Origin: Camelus dromedarius | Lineage: Eukaryota | NCBI RefSeq assembly: GCF_036321535.1 | Contig: NC_087438.1 | Location: 13,270,001 to 13,334,000, forward strand | Reading direction: 5' to 3' | DNA length: 64,000 nt | Shown: positions 54,398 to 64,000 of the stretch, piece by piece | How positions within the stretch are numbered: position 1 is the stretch's first letter | Layout of the letters: each line of letters opens with the position of its first letter | Notes under the pieces: model-generated | Seen by the model: the letters and a program-made list of their open reading frames with translations, nothing else | Databases searched by the model: none | Told to the model about the DNA's origin: nothing | Position numbers and translations under genes: made by a program

Positions 54398-54930
54398 AGC
54401 TTTATTGAGGTATAATTGGCAGAAATTGCAGACACAAAATGCATACAATTGTCTCACTTGGTGTATCATACATTATGAAATAATGATCACCACAGTCAGG
54501 CTAATTACCACATCCATCACCTCACATAGTCACCATTTTCTTTCTTTTTTCTTTTCGAGGTGAGAACACTTAAGATCTATCTTAGCGAAAGTCAGGTACA
54601 CAGTACAATATTGTTGACTGTAGTCACATTGCTGTATATTAGATCTCCAGAACGTACTTATCTTGCATAAGTGAAACTTTATGCCCTTTGGCCAACATCT
54701 ATCCATTTCCCTTTCTCCTTAGCCCCTGGAAACCACCATTCTACTCTCTGCTTCTATGACGTTGACTATTTTAGATTCCATTTATAAGTGAGATCATGAA
54801 GTCCTTCTGTGTCTGGCTTATTTAACTTAGCATAACGTCCTCCAGGGCTGTACACGTCGTTGCAAATGGCAGGAGTTCCTTCTTTTTGAGGCTGAATAAG
54901 ATTGCATTTTATTACGTTTTATATATCATG
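54398..54930 (-). mobile_element. L1MA9/10-like 3' UTR
   Basis: 'cagctttattgaggtataattg...cacatccatcacctcacatagt...ccctggaaaccaccattctactctctgcttctatg...gattccatttataagtgagatcat'. Confidence 0.9.
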
Positions 54931-55827
54931 TTGATCACTCACTGTGGATCGGTGGTCCTGAGGAAACGCAACTGTCACCCAGATTTGGGTAACGTGGTGA
55001 TCAACATGTTAAATATACTCATATGCTCCAACATTTAATCATAGAAACTTAGGCAAGTGCTATAACTACAGCCCAAACTATATTTTCCATATTTATTATT
55101 TGATGATAGTAATGCCTAAGTCAAATAATACGATATATGGGAATGACCTGTGTAAAATGTAAAATGCAATGAGTTTTGCGTAGGTTATATTTGTGACTAT
55201 GTTGAACCATCTCATATTCTCAAGTGTAATCTCAATGGGAAAAAAAAAATAAGAAAGTACTGACGGCTACTCAGTGAGTGGCATACACGGATTGGATCAT
55301 CAATGCATTTCTCTTCCACAATTACCTTACTAGGAGTATCATGAAGCACTCACAAGGGCCCTGTGACTAAGGAGAATACTTTGAAATTCACAATCATAAC
55401 ACACTTAAATTCATTAAATTCTGGGCACGTACCATTATGCCAGTAAGGATGCAATGAATGTTAAAAGAGTATGTCTCTCTTAATTCTTTGTTTTTATATT
55501 TGACATATTTATAAGTTACTAATATAAATTTGGCCCAAATAGTTTCATATGCATTTGAGCATCTCCTAGGTGTAAGTGATGCTATAAAAGGAAATTCATT
55601 TCTTCCGTCTGTGATTTTCTTTTAAAATTCAACTAAAGAATTTTTCTTTTCAGAAACTGCACTTTTCATTTCTGTAATTTTCCCTTGATTCTTGTTATTA
55701 AATAAATTAAAATCTTGCTAAAATTCTCTATCTTTTTAACTATTTTTAATATATTAATCACAGTTATATTAAAGTTTGTATTTATGTTCTCTTGCTATTA
55801 TTATCATAATATAACTACTTAAAATAA

Positions 55828-56280
55828 TGGAGTAGGAAATGAAGTAACTTCCCTGATGCTGAAATTGTTTGCTGAGTCTTTCAAACTAAAAAATCCTTTC
55901 TCTCCCTTACTGCTTTTTGTGTTAAGCAGCCCACAAACATTCAATACCTTTAACCAGGAAGAAGGTAATGGGAGGTAATCTCAAAAGAATGGACAGACGC
56001 TCCACCATGACACCAGAAAGATTCATGGAGCTTAACGGGAATGTAGCTGCACCCTGTAAATCGCCCTGATTGTTATCACCTTTTCTGTTCCATTCAGTTT
56101 TTTTCCATAAAACTTCAAAACCCCAACTCCAAGTTGGATTCACGGTCTCTCAGGCATGAACGTGCTGTGATTCGCTTTTACCTGGCAAAGCAATAAAGCT
56201 GTTCTCTTCTAATCTTCTCAAAACTCTACCTCTGAGTCTCAATCTGTTTTGAGGGGACAGAGGCCAGTTTTGTGGCAACA
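55828..56280 (+). mobile_element. ERV1-class solo LTR nested in MLT1D
   Basis: TG at 55828 and ...GGCAACA ending at 56280. 'gcaataaagctg' poly(A) signal near 56192. Flanks ATAA/GTAA are a possible 4-bp TSD with one mismatch. Confidence 0.7.
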
Positions 56281-56819
56281 GTAACACCAACTAATTAGCT
56301 CACAGTTCTATGGGTCAGAAGACCAGACACAATGTGTCAGGGTTCTCTGCTCAGGGACTCAAAAGGAAAAGTCAAGATGCCATCCAGTCTGCATTCTCAT
56401 CTGGAACGTGGAGTCCTCTTCTAAGCTCACATAGCTATACAAGAATTCAGTTCTTGAAGTTTCAATATAAGGTCCTCATTTCTTTGCTAGCTCTCAGCTA
56501 CTGTCTGAGGCCACTCACATTTCTTGCTACATGTCGCCTTTCATCTTCCAAGCCAGCAATAGAGAAATTACCTCACACTGGGAATCTATCTCAGATCCAA
56601 AAGCTATTCTGTCAAGAGAAGCCTTGTCCCAGGATTTACTTGATGAAGGCAGTCCTTTCAAGGAAATTTTCAATATCTTATGGTCAACTATTTGGGACCT
56701 TAAGTACATCTGCAAAATCCTTTCACAGTTGCACCTTAATTAGTGTCAATGAATAAGCAGAAGGTTGTGTAAACTAAGGCAGAGACATTGGGAACCATCT
56801 TAGAATTTTGAATACCCAA
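56281..56819 (-). mobile_element. MaLR LTR (MLT1D/E-like); remaining piece at about 55777-55827
   Basis: 'ctcacagttctatgggtcagaag...ctctgctcaggg...agaattcagttcttg...gggaaccatcttagaatt' matches antisense MLT1D/E. Confidence 0.75.
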
Positions 56820-57061
56820 GATTCCTTTAAATTAACTCCCATATCTGGAGCATGTATGGATGTCTTTTTTATGATCTCAGCTTTTATCCCCTCTTATTCA
56901 TTTTTGGGCATGCTATTATGGCCTCAGATCTGCCTAGTAATTTTTGATTAAATACTAGTCAACATATATATTTATTGGAAAAAATAGTGTAGGGCCACAA
57001 ATGATAATGCTATATCATATAAAATTAAAATCCCTATTGCTGATTATTTTAGTATAATCAG

Positions 57062-57463
57062 TGGTATGGACTGAATTCCAGCTCTGCAAAATTCATACGC
57101 TGAAGCCCTAACCTCCATGTGACTTTATTGGAGATAGGGACTTTAAGGACGTAGTTAAGGTTAAGTGAGATCATAAGGGTGGAGATTTGATTGAATAGAA
57201 CTGGTGCCCCTATAAGAAAGGAAGATGGAGCCTCTCTCTCTCTCTTTCTCTCTCTCTCTCCCCCCGCCCCCCTATCTCCTATGTGAGAACACAAGAAGAA
57301 AGCAGCTATTGCCAGCCAGGGAGAATTCTTACCAGAAACTGAACTCTGCTGAAAACTTGAACTTGAGCTTTCCAGTCTCCAGAATTATGAGAAAATAAAT
57401 GTATGTCATTTACATAACCCAGTCTATAGTATTTTGTTATGGCAGCTTGAGAAAACCGTGACA
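57062..57463 (+). mobile_element. MaLR solo LTR (MLT1A/B-like) with an internal (CT)n tract
   Basis: 'tatggactgaatt...aaattcatacgctgaagccctaacc...ttggagatagggactttaagg...cccagtctatagtattttgttatggcagc'. Confidence 0.88.
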
Positions 57464-58556
57464 GTCAGGGTTTGCGCTGGATGGAGACTGATTTGCATCC
57501 TTGATAATGGTCTGCTCTTATTCCCCGTTAGCACTTCCTTGTTTCACCTGGGAGCCTGATTTACTCTGCAGGATTCTTCTCTCTCGTGGGACCTTAAAGT
57601 CTAGTCTTTCTTTATCTCACATGATTGTAAAAATCCACATTTACTTTTTCAGTCTTTGCACATAGATTTCTGGTTTCCTGCTGCACAGAGACCTAAGACC
57701 TCCTGAGGGGCAATGTGTTATCTGCTATAAGTTGTACTGGGTTCTGACACGGTGCACACATCCTCAATGCCGTCCTCTGCAAGTGTTCGTGTAGGGCTTT
57801 ATAAACTTCTCAGCATCCCGCCTGAATCAGCAAATGACCCATGGAAAAATGGTAACAGAATCCAGCTCACCTGTCTGAATTTCTTCTTTCTCTAGAATCA
57901 TTCTTTTGCTACTTTAGCAGAACTTTATAGTTTTTGTACAAATCATTTCTCGATTTTATCTTTTTTTTTTTTTAAATCATTGTATATAGAGACACTGATC
58001 TTCCACCAGGTGTTCCATTCACCAAGAAATGACATCAGTTCAGGCATTTCAAGTATTTTTATTTACCCTGGATTATTGAAACTCATTTGTTTTTGTATTT
58101 AATTTTTAAATTCAAAATTCTTACTAATTATCATTCTTAACATGCCAAATCAAAGAGGTACTGATATAGGGGCTCAAATATCACATCGACTTTTATCCAT
58201 CAAAATTACACAGTTTATCCAAAATTTTAAGTTAAAAGCAACTTTTTAAATTTGTTCTTCAATCAGAGACAAATATTTAGAAATAATTGTCAAAATTAAT
58301 ATGTATGTTTGAAATTGTCAGTTTCACAGCAGGTCCTGTTTAATTAGTAGTGCTTGGGCCATTTAAATGGTGATATGGTGTAAGAGTGTGAGCATGAACA
58401 CGTAACTGCCTGAGGTCTAGTACCCACTCCCTGACTTTCTGTGTGATTGGCCAACTGAGCACCTCTCTACCTCATTTCTCTGACCTACATGGTGAGAAAA
58501 ATAATTTCCCTCGCTTTTTTATATTGTTGTGGAAATTAAGAAATTTAATTTTTTAA

Positions 58557-58950
58557 CTTTAATAGACTTAAATATGCACCCCCACCAGTTTATATATGGA
58601 AGCCCTGACCCCATATATGATGGAATCTGGAGATGGGGCCTTTGAGAGTTACACGGGTTTAGATGATGTCATGAGGGTGAGGCCTTCCTGATGAGATTAG
58701 AGCCCTTTATAAGGAGAGACACCAAAGAGCATTATTTCTCTCTCTCATCTCTCTCCCTTCCCACTATGTGAGAACACAGTGAGAACGTGACTGTCTACAA
58801 GCCAGAAGGAGAGGTCTCACCAGGAACCAGCCATAGTGGAAACCTGACGTTAGACTTGCAGCTTCCAGAACCGTAAGGAAATAAATTTCTGTTATTTAAG
58901 TCACTCAGTCTGTGGTATTTTGCTATGGCAGCAGGAGCTGACTTAAGACA
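58557..58950 (+). mobile_element. MaLR solo LTR (MLT1A-like) inserted in a MIR (about 58370-59010)
   Basis: 'ggagatggggcctttgagag...gtcatgagggtgaggcc...aataaatttctgttatttaagtcactcagtctgtggtattttgctatggcagc...taagaca'. Confidence 0.88.
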
Positions 58951-60514
58951 GTGTTTCACATGTAGTAACAGTAAATGTAATCACAATGCCTGGTTCCCCA
59001 GAAGCACTCGGAGATTCAGTGAAAGGAAAACACATTGGTTGATTTTCAGAATGTGTCTTCTGAACTTTTGGATGAGTTGTCAATGATGCAGACATATCTG
59101 ATTATAACATTTTGTTTTGTACAAAATTTCTTGCTTTTTTAATTTTAAGGTTTCAACATGAAACCTATTGCTGCTAAGAGTATAGATTTATAACTATTTT
59201 TTGATATCAGTTTGATACCATCATTTAACTCATTGATCCATATCTTTCTCTTAAGCCATAGAGATCTTTGCTCTTAAACTTGAACTGACTTTTCTTGACC
59301 ATGAGAAAATGTATAACTTTCAGCCCCTACTTTAATATGTTCATATTTTGAAAGCAAAATATTCTATTCAATTATTCTTTTCTTTATGAATCAGGCATTT
59401 ACAGGATAAATTCACTCTTAAAAAGTTGATTACTGAATTTCCTTAATGTATCAACTTGAATATCAGGGAAAGACATTTTCTGGAAGGACAGAATCTGTAG
59501 TATGAGTAAATTTTCCATAATTTTACCTAAAAATAAATTTGACTATGCAGTTCAGATCTCTTGGTTAACTGAGGACAACATTCCCTTAGAGTATCTTTTA
59601 GATTAGAAGTAAATAATATTGAAGCTCAGTAATACTTAAGAGGACATGATCTCATTATTTGGATATAAAATTAAAAAAAAAAACTTATGTTGATAATCAG
59701 TCTAAATTACACCATAGAAATACTGGAGAGTAAAGCATAGACATAGTATTCATTAAAATTCTAATGATACTATAAAGTGAAATGGATGCTAATGCCCGGT
59801 TTAAAATTCTTAACCGTGAAATTACAAAAAAGTAAATAAAAATATTTCTACAGGAAAAGGAAAAATTGTGCTGTGACAAACAAAACAATGCATATGCATA
59901 TTTGAAAATGAATGATCCGGAATGTCCCTAGTAAGGGTTCTTTATATTTTATATTGACATACTATCTTTTCTTCTTTGGTAAAGAACAAAGGTCAGCTGT
60001 ATGCAGCACCCTGTGAAATTGTATATTGTGAGCCAGTAGAAACTGATTCTGAGACATTGGTATCCACAAAAAGAGAAAGTGACCAGCCGGTTTTATTGAC
60101 AAGAAATTTTATTGTTTTCTGTTCCCTCATTGAGATCTTAACTTCTTTATTGGAAAACTGATTTCTTTCTTTATGTAAATATTTATTTTCCTTTTAAGAA
60201 GATCAGGGTTTTTGTATTGGTAAAGGTACATTAAAATAATATTAATGGAAGTTGTGGATTAGAACATCTATCTTATACTCAGTTACTTGTGGAAAATTTA
60301 ATTTTGCCAAGAAGTTAGTTAAGGGACTAATTTTACTTTTACAATGATGAGATACTTTGGATAGGGAAGAATCTATTATAGATCTTCTATGCAGTTAATT
60401 CTAGTGAAAAATGATAATGGAAACTAATATGCATGACTATCAATGTCTCCTACTATGGAGGTAATTATTAAGTTTAGTTAAGTTGTGTGATAATACAAAA
60501 ATTTTGACTTTTAT

Positions 60515-60897
60515 CCAGCCTTATTGAGATATAATTATTTAATGTTGTGTAAGTTTATGTTGTACAATGTGTTAATTAGATACATTTATGTATCTGGAAA
60601 TGATTACCACTGTAGGATTAGTTAACTTCTTTATTATCTCCCATAATTACCGTTTCTCTTTTAGGATGAGAAAGTGTTAAATATGTTCTCTTAGTTACTT
60701 TCAAAAATATAATATAGTATTTTGAACTACAGTCACAGTGCTGTGCATTAGATCTCCAGAAATTATTGATCTTATAACTGGAAGTTTAAACACTTTGACC
60801 AGAATCTCCCCATTTCCCTCAACCCTCAACCCCTGACCACCACTATTCTACTCTTGTTTCTGAGTTTGTTTTTACGGATTCCATATATAAGTGATAT
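60515..60897 (-). mobile_element. L1MA9-like 3' UTR
   Basis: 'cagccttattgagatataatt...aaatgattaccac...gctgtgcattagatctccagaa...ggattccatatataagtgata'. Confidence 0.85.
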
Positions 60898-60938
60898 TTG
60901 CCTTGGCAATTTCACCACTTTCTCATTGACATGGCCAA

Positions 60939-60982
60939 GATATATATATGAGTATGTATATGTGTATATATATATATAATAT
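60939..60982. repeat. (TA)n/(TG)n compound microsatellite
   Basis: 'atatatatatgagtatgtatatgtgtatatatatatataatat'. Confidence 0.8.
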
Positions 60983-63649
60983 ACTTGAGTATGTAGAATT
61001 CTTTCTTAAGTAATTTGGAGACATAGGATTTGAATCAGAGGCTACACTGCAAATTTTAACCACCTTTTAATTCTTATTATATAACAGCAGAGTCTTATGT
61101 AAATAGGGGTCACTTAAGGTTTGGAATCTTATTAAAAATCTTCCATACTGGGAGAAAGAAAAATCATTGATTTGCTTTATATTTTAAATACAAATTTTAA
61201 AGGTTTACAGATTTTTTTTTTCTTTCACTGCATAGCTCTGCTAACTACATTGCTTTTCACAAATGATCAGAAAGATGTAAAATGTATTGACTGACATTAA
61301 AAAGCTACTCTTTTGGTATCATTATTTGCTAATGTGCTTGTTTTGGAGTGTTTGCAGGATGACATTTTCTTATATGAGTAAGGTCAGCTCTGTTACTTAT
61401 TCTATGAAAGAAAAAAAAAGTCTTCTTGAAAGATGAAGCTATACATTTGACCCAAACCTCGCTTTAAAATCAAGAACTAGCACCTTGAGTTCACGTAGCT
61501 GCTCCAATCTAGGAGGTGGAGTTTCAGCAATTATTAGGCGTTATCAGGAGGTAGAATGGATTTAGGGATCAGTCATGTTAAATGTTATGTTCAAACTAAT
61601 TTTTGAATGGCACAATATTACCATTTTAAAAAGAGAGGCATACAGACCTGTAAATGGAAATGTGAAGTCTGCTCTGTCTTCCTTGTGGCTCCCTTGCATT
61701 CATCATCAGTTGTCATTTAAAGATATCTGGATTGCCAAAAGCAGGAGCTCTAAGGAAACAGGACTTGGATTTTGATCTTTAAGAAATGAGAAGGCTTGGG
61801 AGTGTTTGAATAAATCTCTGAATAGTGAAATTTACTATTTACTAATGTTAATCTTGTGACTCTACTCTAGGATAAATTAGAATTGAAAAAATGCATTGAA
61901 AAGCAGCATAGCTCAGTAAAAAGGGAATTTTAGAGTCTGCCATTATGACAGTATCCCTTTCTGCCAAATTCGCTTGTCTCATAATAATTTTCAAGTTGAT
62001 TAAGTTGATTATTATGATACCACACACATGGTATCATAATTGGTATAATACAACTTGGAAAATGGACGAAGTTAGAAAGTAGCATTTTTCACTGGTGATG
62101 ACAGAAAAGGATTATGGAGTAAGTCTAATGTAAGCATTGTCCTGTAAGATGAGCAATGTTTTGAAAGATAAAAATATGGAGTGTTATGTTTTATCTCTTA
62201 GTGATTGCAAGAGCCCAGTCGCATTCACTCATGTCTCTTTCACATGCTTTGTGAATAATAAACACTGAGAGACGTGAAATTTATTCCCACAAATTTTCTC
62301 CTTCCTTAAGTCAACACATTTTTGATGAGCTTTTAGGTGTACAATAATTGACTTTCTTGATCTCAATTTTGTAAAGTATAAGACAGACAAATTTCAAGAT
62401 ATAATATAATAGACAAAAGGAGATCTAGCTTCAATGTATGTATGATGAATTATCGCAGATCAAGTTCCATTCTCCTTCCAGTGACCAAATGAATCATAAC
62501 TTGGTTAGGCTGACATGAGCATCAAGGCTGCAGAGAGAGAACAAAATGAAGAAACCAAGGGAGGCAGTGGGAATGCAGCCTATATGAGTGCACGTGAAAT
62601 GCTGCTGCGAGGAAGGTTGGAGATTAGCAACGTGGACTGTCAAACTGCAGACTTGCCAAACTCAGTCATCTAATTCTGCATGTTTTCTTCTCAGCCAATT
62701 CTTTTGTCAAGTACGGATTGTAACGTGCTATGTTCAAGTGGAGTTGCAACATAAGGAATGCAGAAGTAAGTCACAGTAGTAAAAAGCTCGGCAAAGAGAG
62801 AGCTGATGTACCAAGTGAAGAACAGAAAGCTTGATTCATGCAGGTGAGTTGGGATAGCACAGCCATGAGCAATGGGAGCCAAGAGAGGAGGAGGGCTCAG
62901 GGCGTGTGGCAGCAATGAGGAAGTGGTAGTAAGGAGGATTTACTAATTGGCACCGACTGACAGAGCCCTCAAGTTCATCATTAGTGTTTCAGGAAAATGT
63001 TTTTCTTTTTAAGAAATATGGCTCAATTGGGGGACATTTTCTCTGACCCTTGGACAGGGAAGAATGAATGAGGTGGAGAATGAATTTGGAACTTATTTTT
63101 ATGGGTTTTTTTTTTGCAGTATCTACATATTCATATTTATTTTAACTAACATGTATGTTGTAAATAATCTGAGAAGTACAGAATGTGTTTGAGAACAAAT
63201 GTCCAATTTTAATCTTAGCCTCTGATTTTAAATGTGTGTATGTGGTGGAATGTAAATTATAATTCATTAATATATAGATAGGCATTAATAAAAGCTTGAG
63301 GGCTTTATTTAGGAAACTTAAGTACAGGAAAATATAAATAAACAAAATAGAAAAAAAATCAATAAAGCATGGTGGAGTCCAAGTCCCTAATTTCTCAGAC
63401 CCAGATGAAGTTCAAGACACACATCTGGTTATACATGCAGCAGATCCCACAAAGGGTAAGGATAATACTTACATGATTTTAACAACAGTGGATCAAATTA
63501 CATCTTCAAGATTTTGCGGAATTAGAGCTAGTGTTACATGATTAAAGTATGTAAAGCAATTGTGCTCCCTGTCCCTGAAATGGGTGTTTTAAAATAACAT
63601 CTTCCATTTGATTTTCAGTTCCTAGGGCTAATTTTTAAAATATTTTTAA

Positions 63650-63810
63650 ATTAACTTTTTATTTTTAAGTAAAAATTATATATGCTTAAGGCGTACAGTA
63701 TGATTTGATATCAATATGTGTATGAAATGATCACTACAATGAAGTTAACTATCTTTTCCTCACATAGTAACATTTTTTGTGTGATCAGAGCACTGAAATC
63801 TACTTTAAAA
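63650..63810 (-). mobile_element. L1MA-like 3' end fragment
   Basis: 'taaggcgtacagtatgatttgata...gaaatgatcactacaat...cctcacatagtaacattttttgtgtgat'. Confidence 0.7.
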
Positions 63811-64000
63811 TATCTGCAGGAAATGTCAATAAGGAGTTTTTAAAAATTCCTTGCTATATTTAAATGTCATAAATTAGACATGTTATATAAATCTCTCAGA
63901 GCAATGGTATGCAATCATCAATAAATGTTTTAAAATAATATTACCAATGCAAATTCTTAATATTACATTTTCCTTAAGCAGAATATTGGTGGATATTAAA

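Noticed and set aside
56310..56756. Longest ORF in the track (148 aa)
   Set aside because: Lies wholly within an antisense MLT1D/E LTR and has no recognisable protein features.
1..64000. Prokaryotic-type systems (CRISPR array, operon, defence island)
   Set aside because: No regularly spaced repeats and no long ORFs. Eutherian repeats throughout show that this is mammalian non-coding DNA.

Overview
AT-rich mammalian genomic DNA, intronic or intergenic and dominated by repeats. It is most likely camelid, because two tRNA-derived SINEs resemble the camelid Vic-1 family (from my recall of the consensus, not a database search). I cannot support any intact protein-coding gene, RNA gene, CRISPR array or operon-like system. 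The short ORFs in the track are chance ORFs or decayed L1 ORF2 pieces. The recognisable content is old eutherian interspersed repeats (L1, L2, MIR, MaLR/ERVL and ERV1 LTRs, hAT and Tigger DNA transposons) plus younger insertions that retain target-site duplications (TSDs). Most notable are: (1) an ERV-LTR-derived, polyadenylated sequence apparently retrocopied by L1 machinery (45706-46012); (2) a GC3-rich, stop-interrupted coding-like segment that looks like a processed pseudogene of an unidentified gene (about 50092-50705, minus); (3) a CCAAT/TATA/Inr promoter-like element between two inverted SINEs, with a speculative spliced ORF downstream; (4) a roughly 200-bp local duplication of apparently unique sequence. 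Repeat subfamily names are pattern-recognition calls and boundaries without TSDs are approximate. I found no convincing novel biological system.
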